Position numbers and translations under genes: made by a program
The notes under the pieces: model-generated
What the model was told of the DNA's origin: nothing
The model's input: only the letters and a program-made list of their open reading frames with translations
Database searches by the model: none
UHGV virus genome: UHGV-1368455
Length of the DNA: 64,000 bases
Direction: 5' to 3' (one strand)
Origin: a virus
Shown: positions 1 to 9,355 of the stretch, piece after piece
Layout of the letters: every line of letters starts with the position of its first letter
How positions within the stretch are numbered: position 1 is the first letter of the stretch

Positions 1-1502
1 GAGCAACTGGAACAGTTATTCAATGGGGCGAAGTTCTACCATTAAATGGACGTGATGGTACTAATGGTAGAGACGGTCGTTATACTGAAATGAGATTTGC
101 AGTTAATACTAATAGAACTAAATATCCTACTATTGATAGAAGTGTTCGTACACCAAGTGGTTGGACTCTTGCAGCTCCAACTGTTAGCGATGGTCAATAT
201 CTTTGGATGACTACTGCTGTTGTTAATCCGAACGATACTCTTTATACTAATTGGAATATTCCTGTTTGCATCAGTGGTCCTCAAGGAGCTACTGGAGAAA
301 CAGGTCCTGCTGGTAATCCTGGTCAACCGGGTTCTCAAGGAGCTACTGGTATTCCTGGAGTTAGCTTTGAAATTAGATATTGTGAAGGAGATAAAAATGA
401 ACCTCAATTTCATGTAAATAATATTGATTATGAACAATATTGGCCTAAAAATATTAGTGACCTCGAATTAAATGAAAAATATCCTTATATTTGGTGTTGT
501 CAAGGTAGTAAAGTTTATTCAGATAATACAGGTACTAAATATACTATTAATTGGGGTACACCATTTAGGTTAAGTGGAACTAATGGAACTGATGGTGTTG
601 GTGCTGATGGTAAAAAAGGACAAATAATTTATCCTGCTGGCATTTATAATGTTAATACAGCATACGTTACTGATGAAAATAAAGCTCCTTATGTCCTCGA
701 TAATACTGATGGTAATTATTATGTACTTAATGCTATAATGAGTTGGAAAGGTACTGAACATGATAATCTTACTCCTTCTCAAGACTATGCTATTAATCAT
801 GGAAAGTATTGGCTTAAATTTGATGGATTTAATGCTGTATATGCTAAAATTGGAATTATAACTAATGGTCTTATTGGTTCTGCTGTATTTAATGGAGATT
901 GGATGTTTAGTCAACAAGGTATTAATCAAAGCGGTAGTTTATCTACTGACTATCAACTTTTTAATCCTAATTCTCCTTATTCTTCTGATAATCAATTTAG
1001 ACCAAATATAGCTATAAATTTTAAAACTGGTGAAGTATATATGGCTCATGATAACTTTTATTGTGATACGAATGGAAATGTTACAATAAAAGGTATCAAT
1101 GCTCAAGGCGGAGTATTTACAAATAGTGATGATAATATTACTTTACCAGAAGTTCCAGATAATACATCAGTTGTTCTAAGATATACTTTTGCTAATATTA
1201 CTCGTTTAGGAATTACTAAACATATTGTACTCGGAGATGCTCCTGATAAAATAATACAATCAAAATATGATTTTTCTAAAAAAGTAAATTATGCTAAAGT
1301 TGATACTGACAATACTGATTTAACATTGCCTCATGGTTATGGATACGTAGAATTTGTTGGTGTTAGAGCAGATTCTCAAACAGAATGGTATATAACGATA
1401 TATAATTTTGGTATGAAACTTGGTGCTACTAATAATATTAGTCCAGCTTATGTTCTTACTCCTTATATTAATGATACATACGTTGTAACTGCTAATACTT
1501 AA
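1..1502 (+). CDS. tail fibre protein with collagen-like Gly-X-Y repeats (5' partial; frame open to window start)
   Basis: ORF continues in frame from nt 3 with no stop. Gly-X-Y runs NGRDGTNGRDG (42..80) and GPQGATGETGPAGNPGQPGSQGATGIPG (276..359), typical of phage fibres. GC is higher than surrounding genes. Confidence 0.6.
   Translation, partial: ATGTVIQWGEVLPLNGRDGTNGRDGRYTEMRFAVNTNRTKYPTIDRSVRTPSGWTLAAPTVSDGQYLWMTTAVVNPNDTLYTNWNIPVCISGPQGATGETGPAGNPGQPGSQGATGIPGVSFEIRYCEGDKNEPQFHVNNIDYEQYWPKNISDLELNEKYPYIWCCQGSKVYSDNTGTKYTINWGTPFRLSGTNGTDGVGADGKKGQIIYPAGIYNVNTAYVTDENKAPYVLDNTDGNYYVLNAIMSWKGTEHDNLTPSQDYAINHGKYWLKFDGFNAVYAKIGIITNGLIGSAVFNGDWMFSQQGINQSGSLSTDYQLFNPNSPYSSDNQFRPNIAINFKTGEVYMAHDNFYCDTNGNVTIKGINAQGGVFTNSDDNITLPEVPDNTSVVLRYTFANITRLGITKHIVLGDAPDKIIQSKYDFSKKVNYAKVDTDNTDLTLPHGYGYVEFVGVRADSQTEWYITIYNFGMKLGATNNISPAYVLTPYINDTYVVTANT
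276..359 (+). repeat. collagen-like (GXY)9 coding repeat inside the tail fibre gene
   Basis: Translated GPQGATGETGPAGNPGQPGSQGATGIPG; periodic ggt/gga every third codon. Confidence 0.7.
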
Positions 1503-1506
1503 AAAT

Positions 1507-1815
1507 ATGGAACAAATAATTGCTCAATTAATAAACAATTTCGATTTCGCATTAATGCTAATATTAAATGTGATTACATATATAGCTATTAAGATATTAG
1601 ACGAAATAAATAAGGAAAAAAATGTTACTACTTGGCAAAAAAGACTTATATTTGTAGTGTCGGCTGTTATAGTCGGCACTATATACTATTTTGCTTCTGA
1701 TGTTAAGTTTATTAAAATTATTGATAGTATTATTATTGCTCCTGTTGCTTGGAGTTGGTTAGCTAAACCTATTGCCCATAAAATGGGTATTGATTATCGT
1801 AAAATATATAAATAA
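1507..1815 (+). CDS. small membrane protein (two predicted TM helices)
   Basis: 102 aa with two hydrophobic stretches (ALMLILNVITYIAIKIL; LIFVVSAVIVGTIYYF). Tightly packed after the fibre gene. Confidence 0.45.
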   Translation: MEQIIAQLINNFDFALMLILNVITYIAIKILDEINKEKNVTTWQKRLIFVVSAVIVGTIYYFASDVKFIKIIDSIIIAPVAWSWLAKPIAHKMGIDYRKIYK

Positions 1816-1818
1816 ATT

Positions 1819-2541
1819 ATGACTGAAGATTATCTTAAAACCATTGTCCAATACCTTATCAAAATAGTTAATAATAATGGTGTTTCTGATAAAGGTATTT
1901 CAGAAAAATTAGATGAAGTTATTACTGCTGTTTCTAATATTAAAATTTCAGCTGAAAGTGTCAATCTTAATACTGATGAGGTTGAAGCTAAATTAGATAC
2001 TCTTAATCAATCTATTATTAATAATGGAGATAACGCTGGCATTATAGAAAAACTTACAGATTTAGGAACAAAACTTGATACTATTAAAGCGACTATTGAT
2101 GTTCTTAAAACTAATATTGAATCTGTTGATACTCATATACAGTCGAATACACAAGCTCTTAATAATGCTGCTGGAGATATTAATACTCGTCTTGATAATA
2201 TTGATACACATATACAAAGTTTAACACAAGCTTTGAATAATGGCATTGGTGTTGTTAATGAGAAACAAGATGCAACTAATAATAATATAATTTCTATGTC
2301 TCAAAAGATGCTTGTATCAGGTATTATCAATCCTACTCATATAGCTGCTGTTGCCGCTGGTGATACAACATTTGACCAACATGTAGTTCTCTGTAATATT
2401 ACTAATGATAATATAAGTGTAACAATTATGGCAGCTGATGATAGTCAAAATACAACTATTATTCTTGCTCCTGGCTGGAATCCTGTTGTAGTTAAATCTA
2501 TTACTGGTGCCGTTGAAAATACTTTAGTTTATGGCTATTAA
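1819..2541 (+). CDS. tail fibre-like protein with tandem ~20-aa coiled-coil repeats
   Basis: Repeats IDTHIQSNTQALNNAAGDIN / IDTHIQSLTQALNNGIGVVN, encoded by imperfect tandem DNA repeat ~2128..2250. Confidence 0.45.
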   Translation: MTEDYLKTIVQYLIKIVNNNGVSDKGISEKLDEVITAVSNIKISAESVNLNTDEVEAKLDTLNQSIINNGDNAGIIEKLTDLGTKLDTIKATIDVLKTNIESVDTHIQSNTQALNNAAGDINTRLDNIDTHIQSLTQALNNGIGVVNEKQDATNNNIISMSQKMLVSGIINPTHIAAVAAGDTTFDQHVVLCNITNDNISVTIMAADDSQNTTIILAPGWNPVVVKSITGAVENTLVYGY

Positions 2542-3517
2542 TGCTATTTGTAATGGAATACCTTTTCCAAAAGGAGAAGGTATTTCTTCTTCAATTAAGA
2601 AGGCAATGGTTCTTTGGTATGACCTTAAAAGACAAGGTGCTACTAATGAAACAATGAAAGCTAATCCTAAACTTATAGATTTAAGTGGTAATGGACACGA
2701 TGCTACTTGTTATAATTTTGCTTGGAGTGGAATGAGTAGTATTGGTGGATATGTACAAGTAAATTTTGATGACACTCATACTATACAGAATAATGCAGGA
2801 TGGAAATATTTATTTTCTGTTGCCCAATATGTTCCACAAGAATTTCAAATGAAAGTAATTTGTAAAAATCCACCAATAAAAACAGTTAATATTATTGGAG
2901 CTTGGAATGAAGGATACGAGTCTTTTTCAGAAGTCATTACTACAATAAAAATAAATGAAGTACAAACTATTCCAATATTAAATCTTGACCCTAAATATAA
3001 AAAGATACATATCTCATATAATAATCTTATAGGATATGAAGTAACTACTAAACAAATTCCTGAATATCCTAACACTCTTGTAGCTGATGGTGTAGATGAT
3101 TATGCTTTATGTTCTACGTTACCTACTTTAGATGATTTTACCATTGTAGCGAAAAGGAAAATTTTGAATGATTCATTTTGTTTTGCTTCTGCATCAGATG
3201 TAGTAAATAAGGGGGCTTTTGTTCTTGAAAGTGATTATTCTACCCAATTTATGGTATATTCATTTGGAGCTGGTAATTCTACGTCCAGGGCAGTTGATGA
3301 TATTATTTATATGACACCTACTTCTTATAATGGTACTGCTATTACAAGAGGTACTAATAATGAGGGGAATAACTTAAATTTATTCCGAGTTAGGAATGGT
3401 GATAGCAGATATATGAAAGGTGTATTATACTCTTTCATTCTATTTAACCGTACTCTTACTACTAAAGAAATTAATTGGGTTAAACATAATCTTATTGAAG
3501 GAGATACTGAATTATGA
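2531..3517 (+). CDS. LamG/concanavalin-A-like lectin-fold domain protein (possible receptor-binding tail protein)
   Basis: C-terminal signature ...FRVRNGDSRYMKGVLYSFILFNRTLTTKEINW resembles laminin-G domain ending (F.G.ide+r+yNraLs..EI). Overlaps upstream gene by 11 nt. Confidence 0.45.
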   Translation: MAINAICNGIPFPKGEGISSSIKKAMVLWYDLKRQGATNETMKANPKLIDLSGNGHDATCYNFAWSGMSSIGGYVQVNFDDTHTIQNNAGWKYLFSVAQYVPQEFQMKVICKNPPIKTVNIIGAWNEGYESFSEVITTIKINEVQTIPILNLDPKYKKIHISYNNLIGYEVTTKQIPEYPNTLVADGVDDYALCSTLPTLDDFTIVAKRKILNDSFCFASASDVVNKGAFVLESDYSTQFMVYSFGAGNSTSRAVDDIIYMTPTSYNGTAITRGTNNEGNNLNLFRVRNGDSRYMKGVLYSFILFNRTLTTKEINWVKHNLIEGDTEL

Positions 3518-3780
3518 GATTTATAGTTATTCCTATTGAAGATATGAAAGTTATGTTTACTAAACAAGAACTTTCCACTATGAGAAAATCTATTGATGGT
3601 ACTAAAGTTATTGTTCATGAAGAAGTATTAATTGATAAAAGAAATACTCTTGGTCTTTCTACTTTGCCATCAGAAGATACTGGTATTATTGAATGGACTT
3701 ATCCTACTTATACTTATAATTCGAATGAGTTAAATAATTTATTAAATAGTAAAGAATGGTATAATGAAGTAAATATTTAA
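3514..3780 (+). CDS. hypothetical protein
   Basis: 88 aa; ATGA start/stop overlap with upstream gene (translational coupling). Confidence 0.4.
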   Translation: MRFIVIPIEDMKVMFTKQELSTMRKSIDGTKVIVHEEVLIDKRNTLGLSTLPSEDTGIIEWTYPTYTYNSNELNNLLNSKEWYNEVNI

Positions 3781-3783
3781 GTT

Positions 3784-4107
3784 ATGAACACAGTTGAAAT
3801 TAAAGCTAAACTTGAACATGTTTTTAAGTCATTTCCTATAAGTAGAGAACAGAAAGAAGCTCTATTTGATATTTATATTCAACTTATGAATGCTGCTCTT
3901 GAAGGAGTTAATCCTGACATGACACAGTATGCTAAAAAGACTGATATAAAAACTTATAATGCTGCTACAAAAGAAGCATTAGGACTTGTTAAACAAGCTG
4001 CTACTATTGCACCTCTCGAAGGTGAGGATGAAATTGCTACGGTAATAAGTACAGTTAATACTCTTATTGCTAATCTTAAAAGCGCAGGTATAATCTCAAA
4101 TTCATAA
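3784..4107 (+). CDS. hypothetical protein
   Basis: 107 aa; ATG 3 nt after upstream stop. Confidence 0.45.
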   Translation: MNTVEIKAKLEHVFKSFPISREQKEALFDIYIQLMNAALEGVNPDMTQYAKKTDIKTYNAATKEALGLVKQAATIAPLEGEDEIATVISTVNTLIANLKSAGIISNS

Positions 4108-4111
4108 AGTT

Positions 4112-4228
4112 ATGGGACGTCCAAATCGTGGTACAGGAACTGCTGGTCCAAAGAGACATTATAGTGGTTCAAATGAGAATAAAGAAAGTAATTCTCAAAG
4201 TTCTGAAAAGAAAGATAAGTCTAAGTGA
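4112..4228 (+). CDS. possible small basic protein (38 aa, MGRPNRGTGTAGPKRHYSGSNENKESNSQSSEKKDKSK)
   Basis: ATG 4 nt after upstream stop; below ORF-track size cutoff; followed by strong terminator. Confidence 0.2.
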   Translation: MGRPNRGTGTAGPKRHYSGSNENKESNSQSSEKKDKSK

Positions 4229-4599
4229 AACAATTATTCTTATTGTTAATAAAGTTCATACCCATCATTCAGTTGATGGGTATGCTTTTAAATAATATTT
4301 GTTATTATTTTAATCTTAATGATTATATTAGTTATACTTTTGATTTACTTGTTGGTAATTCTATTATTGTTATTATATTACTTTATGTGGCAAGTTATAC
4401 TTTTTATTTTTGTAAATGGCACAGATTAATTATTAGTGCTAATTTAAGTAATGTCATTATTGCTAATGTTGATATTTATTTTAGAATACCTATTACTGAT
4501 TTACAATTACTTATAGTTTATCATTTAATAGCTGCTATATTTATAATTGCAGCAACAATTTCACATATAAAAGAAAATAATCATGGACGTAAGACTTAA
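4225..4599 (+). CDS. questionable hydrophobic ORF (GTG start; may be non-coding AT-rich spacer)
   Basis: ORF-track 124 aa. It begins with GTG inside the preceding gene/terminator. Extremely AT-rich and very hydrophobic. First in-frame ATG is at 4279 inside the terminator stem. Confidence 0.2.
   Translation: MKQLFLLLIKFIPIIQLMGMLLNNICYYFNLNDYISYTFDLLVGNSIIVIILLYVASYTFYFCKWHRLIISANLSNVIIANVDIYFRIPITDLQLLIVYHLIAAIFIIAATISHIKENNHGRKT
4257..4290 (+). terminator. intrinsic terminator (11-bp perfect stem CATACCCATCA/TGATGGGTATG, 6-nt loop, then CTTTT)
   Basis: Read directly from sequence 4257..4284 plus T-rich tail. Confidence 0.5.
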
Positions 4600-4924
4600 A
4601 TTAATCAGAAAACTATTAGTTGAAGCTATAAATAAAATTGATAGTGGTAATAGTAATCATAATTCTGACGAACTCGATATTATAGTTAAAGATTTAACTA
4701 AGTTAAATAGAGGTATTAAACGTATTAGTAAACGTTATACTTGTGATAAAATTTTACATTGTAGTTCAAGCACGTTTGATAATTATCTCAAACTTGGTCT
4801 TATTCCTCCTGGTCATAAAGAAGTTGGTTTCAAAGAATTAAGTTGGAGCGAAAAAGATTTTGATGAAATGACTTTACATAAAATTGGTAAATATAGAGCA
4901 ACACGTGTTGGAGCAACCTTATAA
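4583..4924 (+). CDS. AlpA/Xis-like helix-turn-helix DNA-binding protein
   Basis: Segment YTCDKILHCSSSTFDNYLKLGLIPPGHKEVGFKELSWSEKDFDEM matches the AlpA/excisionase HTH_17 pattern (ll..sr.TiyrlvkeG.fP..ik.g.r.v.W...ei.eW). Confidence 0.45.
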   Translation: MDVRLKLIRKLLVEAINKIDSGNSNHNSDELDIIVKDLTKLNRGIKRISKRYTCDKILHCSSSTFDNYLKLGLIPPGHKEVGFKELSWSEKDFDEMTLHKIGKYRATRVGATL

Positions 4925-4951
4925 CTATTTCATAACCTAATTGATTGATAT

Positions 4952-4990
4952 ATGCGCACTTACAATTAAATTTGTAGGTGTGCATTTTTA
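4952..4990 (+). terminator. putative intrinsic terminator (ATGCGCAC ... GTGTGCAT stem with one G-T, then TTTTTATTT)
   Basis: Hairpin plus U-run directly after stop of 4583..4924. Confidence 0.4.
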
Positions 4991-5005
4991 TTTGCTATTC
5001 ATTCT

Positions 5006-5013
5006 TATCTTTG
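5006..5013 (+). promoter_or_regulatory. Bacteroidetes-type -7 promoter element TATCTTTG (TAnnTTTG) upstream of 5069 gene
   Basis: Exact match to TAnnTTTG 56 nt upstream of ATG; -33 TTTG spacing imperfect. Confidence 0.3.
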
Positions 5014-5068
5014 TGCTGTAATCGGTTACAAATAACTTAATTTATTAACTAATTAAAGTACAAATGTT

Positions 5069-6025
5069 ATGAGTGAAGCAAAAACTTATGTATTTGGACA
5101 GGACGCTAACAATGGCGTTCTTAATGCACTTATTCCTCTGCTTAATCAGCGAGGTATTGACCCCAATGTTCTTCTTGCTATGAACAATAATGACTTTGGA
5201 GGAAATAATGGTGGATGGTTCTTTTGGGTAATATTGCTGTTGTTGTTTGGCTGGAATCGTAACGGTTTTGGTGGTAATGGTGATGGAACTGCTTATCTTG
5301 GCAATATGCTTAATAATGATACTGGACGTGACTTGTTGATGCAAGCAATACAAGGAAATACAAGCCGTATAAGCGAATTAGCCCAAATGTTTAACTGCTC
5401 TACACAAACCATGCAAAATGCTATCTGCCAGCTGCAAACAGCTATTAACGGGGTCGGCAATCAGGTCGGAATGTCAGGTTTGCAGACCGTCAACGCCATA
5501 CAGGCCGGCAACGCTTCTCTTGCTTCTCAACTTGCTAAATGTTGTTGTGATAATCAGCTTGCTATGTGTCAGCAAACTAATACTCTTCAACAAGCTATTA
5601 ACGGTGTTAATATTGGTCAAGAACGTGGTTTCTCTCAACTTGGTCATGAGACACAGCGTCAAACTTGTGAACTGCGTGACGCTATACGTGAAAATACTGC
5701 ACAAGTACTTGCTGGTCAACGTTCTGCTGAAATGCGTGAAATGCAGAGGGAACTTGCTGAACGTGATAGGAAGATTGCTGAGCAAGCTGTTGTTATTAAC
5801 AACGGACAGCAAACTGCTGTATTCGGTCAGATGATACAACAAGCTACTGCACCTATTGCTGCTGCTGTTGCTGGTTTGCAAAAAGACGTTGATGGTGTTA
5901 AGTGTAAACTTCCTGAGACTACTACTATTCCTTACTCGCCAGTAGTAGGAGTTCCTACTTGTGTAGCTGCTCAATATGGTCTTGGTTTTGGTCTTGGTGT
6001 AAATCCTTTTGGTGCTTGGGGTTAA
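5069..6025 (+). CDS. membrane-anchored Gln-rich coiled-coil virion protein (hypothetical)
   Basis: 318 aa with N-terminal TM (GGWFFWVILLLLFGW) and Q/A-rich helical middle; preceded by own promoter-like element; higher GC. Confidence 0.55.
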   Translation: MSEAKTYVFGQDANNGVLNALIPLLNQRGIDPNVLLAMNNNDFGGNNGGWFFWVILLLLFGWNRNGFGGNGDGTAYLGNMLNNDTGRDLLMQAIQGNTSRISELAQMFNCSTQTMQNAICQLQTAINGVGNQVGMSGLQTVNAIQAGNASLASQLAKCCCDNQLAMCQQTNTLQQAINGVNIGQERGFSQLGHETQRQTCELRDAIRENTAQVLAGQRSAEMREMQRELAERDRKIAEQAVVINNGQQTAVFGQMIQQATAPIAAAVAGLQKDVDGVKCKLPETTTIPYSPVVGVPTCVAAQYGLGFGLGVNPFGAWG

Positions 6026-6044
6026 TTTTTAATATATAGAGGAT

Positions 6045-6374
6045 ATGTCTTTACTTAATCCTTTTATAATGGCTAACAGAAATGGTATTCCTCGTATTGA
6101 AGCTACTGGAGTAAATGTTAGTACTACTGCTGTTACTTTTAGTTTTCAGAGGAATGCTTTTTATAACAGAAATTTTGCTGGACTGATTATATTCAGACTT
6201 CCTGCTTATACAGCTCCTGCAACTGCCGTTCCTGTTATTTTTGATACCGATGGTGAAAGTCAAGCTGTTACTACTCTTGGTGGTGCTGCTGTTACTTCTG
6301 CTGAACTTAATCAATCTGGTATCTATCTTGGATTTTATGACGGAAATACTCTTCAACTTTTAACTGGTATTTAA
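6045..6374 (+). CDS. hypothetical structural protein
   Basis: 109 aa, compact spacing. Confidence 0.45.
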   Translation: MSLLNPFIMANRNGIPRIEATGVNVSTTAVTFSFQRNAFYNRNFAGLIIFRLPAYTAPATAVPVIFDTDGESQAVTTLGGAAVTSAELNQSGIYLGFYDGNTLQLLTGI

Positions 6375-6377
6375 TCT

Positions 6378-6869
6378 ATGTTTAATAATTTAGGCAAAAA
6401 TAGTGTATTCTATATCTTAGATAAGAATAATGAAAAACCTATTCTAAAAGTAGGTAAAGTTACTGATACTAAAATTAATCCTCAATTTTATGGACTTACT
6501 AATCAAGAAATGGAAATTAGTGCTGTTGCTGATGGACAAGAATATATATTTAAGAAAATTCCTACCAACATTTCTATTGTTAGTCCTTCTGCTGGCATTG
6601 TTATTTCTGACAATCCACAAGATATGATTAATGAATATGAAAGTATGGTATCTGTTAGTCAACAAGCTCTTAAGATGGTAGACTATAATAAAGCTGTTGT
6701 TGATAGTCGAGACGAAATTATGTCTATACTTAATCCTCGATTTGCTAAAGAAAAAGAACAAGAAAATAAACTAAATGCTCTTGAGGGTAGAGTTGGTAAT
6801 ATGGAACAAGGTATAGGTGATATAAAAACTATGTTGTCTAAACTTATTAACGTTAAACAAGGAGAATAA
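6378..6869 (+). CDS. hypothetical structural protein
   Basis: 163 aa, ATG 4 nt after upstream stop. Confidence 0.5.
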   Translation: MFNNLGKNSVFYILDKNNEKPILKVGKVTDTKINPQFYGLTNQEMEISAVADGQEYIFKKIPTNISIVSPSAGIVISDNPQDMINEYESMVSVSQQALKMVDYNKAVVDSRDEIMSILNPRFAKEKEQENKLNALEGRVGNMEQGIGDIKTMLSKLINVKQGE

Positions 6870-6873
6870 GATT

Positions 6874-7110
6874 ATGTATATGATAGAAATAAGCGAAGAT
6901 AAAATTGATAGTCTTGTTGAACACGTTTCTAAGAGTATCAAATGTCTCGGTAAAGTTGCCGAATGTCTTGAAGAAATGCGTAGTGAAGGCTATGAAGATG
7001 AAGATGAATATGACGAGCGAGACAAATACGCTGCCGGAGGTGGTAGAGAAATGTATCGTCGTGGAGGTCGCAGTCGTTATGCTCGCGGTGGTCGGTATAG
7101 TAATTATTAA
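6874..7110 (+). CDS. small acidic protein with C-terminal RGG/YRRGG box (nucleic-acid-binding-like)
   Basis: 78 aa: EDEDEYDERD segment then GGGREMYRRGGRSRYARGGRYSNY. Confidence 0.4.
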   Translation: MYMIEISEDKIDSLVEHVSKSIKCLGKVAECLEEMRSEGYEDEDEYDERDKYAAGGGREMYRRGGRSRYARGGRYSNY

Positions 7111-7119
7111 ACAGTAGGT

Positions 7120-7150
7120 AATAGGAGCTATAATGCTCCTATTACTTTTT
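7120..7150 (+). terminator. putative intrinsic terminator/attenuator (AATAGGAGC-tataat-GCTCCTATT then ACTTTTT)
   Basis: 9-bp perfect stem, 6-nt loop, U-run; ends 9 nt before ATG 7159. Confidence 0.4.
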
Positions 7151-7158
7151 ATAAAGCT

Positions 7159-7581
7159 ATGAAACATAATCCGTTAGACGCACATGATGATATGCCTGAT
7201 GGAATGAAAAGGTATATTAGTAATTATGGCTTTCACTTTAATAAAAAAGCATATAATTACGCTACTTCTTATATGACTAAACGTAATCCTAAAACTAATA
7301 AAGAAGAACATATAAAACCTTATACTAAAGAAGAAGTAGATAATCTATTAGATACATATAATATTGAACTTAAAAATAAAATAATGTATGACTATGTTTA
7401 TGCTGCTACTATGGCTAAAGCCGATTATTTAGGCTCTACTATTGAAGATGATTTACATTTAGCTCGTTACATTAAAGATACTATTGATGATGTGGATGCC
7501 AGCTCCGAAACTACATTTAGACGTTGGATGGCTACTATGATTGGAAATGGTATGCCCATTGATTGGTATGAAATTGTTTAA
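7159..7581 (+). CDS. hypothetical protein
   Basis: 140 aa. Confidence 0.5.
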   Translation: MKHNPLDAHDDMPDGMKRYISNYGFHFNKKAYNYATSYMTKRNPKTNKEEHIKPYTKEEVDNLLDTYNIELKNKIMYDYVYAATMAKADYLGSTIEDDLHLARYIKDTIDDVDASSETTFRRWMATMIGNGMPIDWYEIV

Positions 7582-7612
7582 GTTAATTGTGATAATAAAG
7601 TTTGTTTTTTAA

Positions 7613-7656
7613 TTGCAATAGTTAGTCGTGATGACTAAGCTATTGCAATTTTTTTG
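7613..7656 (+). terminator. strong intrinsic terminator (15/16-bp stem TTGCAATAGTTAGTC/GACTAAGCTATTGCAA, loop GTGAT, then TTTTTTTG)
   Basis: Read directly from the sequence. Confidence 0.7.
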
Positions 7657-7688
7657 TTTATTGACATTGTATAATTAAATAAATGTTT

Positions 7689-7696
7689 TATATTTG
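7689..7696 (+). promoter_or_regulatory. Bacteroidetes-type -7 element TATATTTG upstream of 7743 gene (ATTG at -33 position 7666..7669, 19-nt spacing)
   Basis: Matches TAnnTTTG; 46 nt upstream of ATG. Confidence 0.35.
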
Positions 7697-7742
7697 TAGT
7701 GATTATCGTATTACATTATTTATTAATTAAACTATTGTTATT

Positions 7743-8426
7743 ATGAGCAGTATTGCACAACTTGTTTCAGAGATTGCTCATTCCGTAAAGCAACCTGATA
7801 GTGTTCCTGTTCGTAGAGCTATTAAACTTGGTATAATTCATGCTCGAAACGAAGTCATAAGACGTAGTTTTGCTAATCATAATTATACTGACAAAGTTCT
7901 ACAACAACGTTTTAAACTTACTCTTATTGATGTTCCTGACGGTGACCTTTATGGTTCTGATAAAGTTGTTACATCTCAAGTTAAAAGAACTATTAATAAA
8001 GTTCCTCGTCCTGTAAGACTTACTAATAATCTTCCTTTTCATTCTGTTCGTACTGCTGGTGTACGAAATCCTATTGAAATAGCTTTTGTTAAAGAAGCTA
8101 CTGCTAAATATTATAATGCTCTACCTGGGTTTTGTCCTAATGTTAGTTATGATTATATTAACGAATATATCTATGTGAACTCCCCCGTAGAGGGACAACT
8201 TGCTTCAATTAGTGCTATTATTGTTGAATCTGTATTTGAATATCCTCATATTATAGAAACTGAAACTGTTGAAGGTAAACTTGATATAGATACTATTGAT
8301 GATAATGATGAATTTTTACTACCTGAAGATATGATTACTACTGTTAAACAACTTATTCTTTCTACTTGGAATCCAGATATTATTCGTGATACTAATGAAG
8401 TTCCTACTCCTAATATAGTACAATAA
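7743..8426 (+). CDS. hypothetical virion/tail protein
   Basis: 227 aa; contains in-frame motif copy (SPVEGQ). Confidence 0.55.
   Translation: MSSIAQLVSEIAHSVKQPDSVPVRRAIKLGIIHARNEVIRRSFANHNYTDKVLQQRFKLTLIDVPDGDLYGSDKVVTSQVKRTINKVPRPVRLTNNLPFHSVRTAGVRNPIEIAFVKEATAKYYNALPGFCPNVSYDYINEYIYVNSPVEGQLASISAIIVESVFEYPHIIETETVEGKLDIDTIDDNDEFLLPEDMITTVKQLILSTWNPDIIRDTNEVPTPNIVQ
8178..8197 (+). repeat. GC-rich dispersed motif copy 1 (AACTCCCCCGTAGAGGGACA)
   Basis: Inside CDS 7743..8426, translated SPVEGQ. Confidence 0.9.
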
Positions 8427-9355
8427 TGGTAGTAGATATTAAATTCAAAGACTTTTATCTTCAATTTATTGGTTCTATAAAAGAAAATATTAAAAAAAAT
8501 CAAGAAATAATAGAAGATACTACTAAAAAGCGTGATGAAATCTATAATGAAATTAATAACGCAAAAGATTTACTTAAAGATAAACTTAATATAGAATTAG
8601 ATAAATATACTGAATGGAAAGATAAAATTTATAATTCTACTCTTGCTTTATTCGGCGTTGCATATTATTATATAAATCGAACGAGTGATACAATTATTAA
8701 ACATCATCTCGGTAATATTATTCAGTTTACATATTGTCTAAAAAAGATTTATATGGCTGAACATCGTATTGAAATTAATAATAAAGCAAGTAAACTTACT
8801 TATCGTCAATATACTCTTATAGTAAGTAGTTATTACAATAAAGTTCATAAATTTCTTCTTAATGGTTATGGTTATAAATATCAAGGAGGTATTGGAACTT
8901 TTATTATTAATCATTGGAAATTTGATAATACTAAATCTAAACGTATGGTATTAGATTATAATGCTACTAATAAACGTAAAAAAGAACTTATAGCGAAAGG
9001 TCTAAAACCTTACGATGATAAAGAAGCCGCATGGTATAAAGCTCGTCATATTCCTTATGACGGAATTGATTATAAAGTATATCAAACTAATAGTAGTTAT
9101 TATGAATTTTGTTTTATTAAATCGAGTTTAGTTCATAGTAAACGCGGTTATGATTATAAACGTACTGAATATGTTTCTGCTAAATATAGAGGTATGAGTT
9201 ATCAAAAAATTGCTGATACTTTCGTTAAGAAAGATGAAGATGTTTATGATATGCAATTGGATATTAAATATAAACTTAATATACTTCTATATCGTAATCC
9301 CACAATATATCTAAACTTTGTTCGTAATGCAGAACAAAACCGTTACAAATATTGA
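8426..9355 (+). CDS. hypothetical virion/tail protein
   Basis: 309 aa; TAATG overlap with upstream gene. Confidence 0.55.
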   Translation: MVVDIKFKDFYLQFIGSIKENIKKNQEIIEDTTKKRDEIYNEINNAKDLLKDKLNIELDKYTEWKDKIYNSTLALFGVAYYYINRTSDTIIKHHLGNIIQFTYCLKKIYMAEHRIEINNKASKLTYRQYTLIVSSYYNKVHKFLLNGYGYKYQGGIGTFIINHWKFDNTKSKRMVLDYNATNKRKKELIAKGLKPYDDKEAAWYKARHIPYDGIDYKVYQTNSSYYEFCFIKSSLVHSKRGYDYKRTEYVSAKYRGMSYQKIADTFVKKDEDVYDMQLDIKYKLNILLYRNPTIYLNFVRNAEQNRYKY

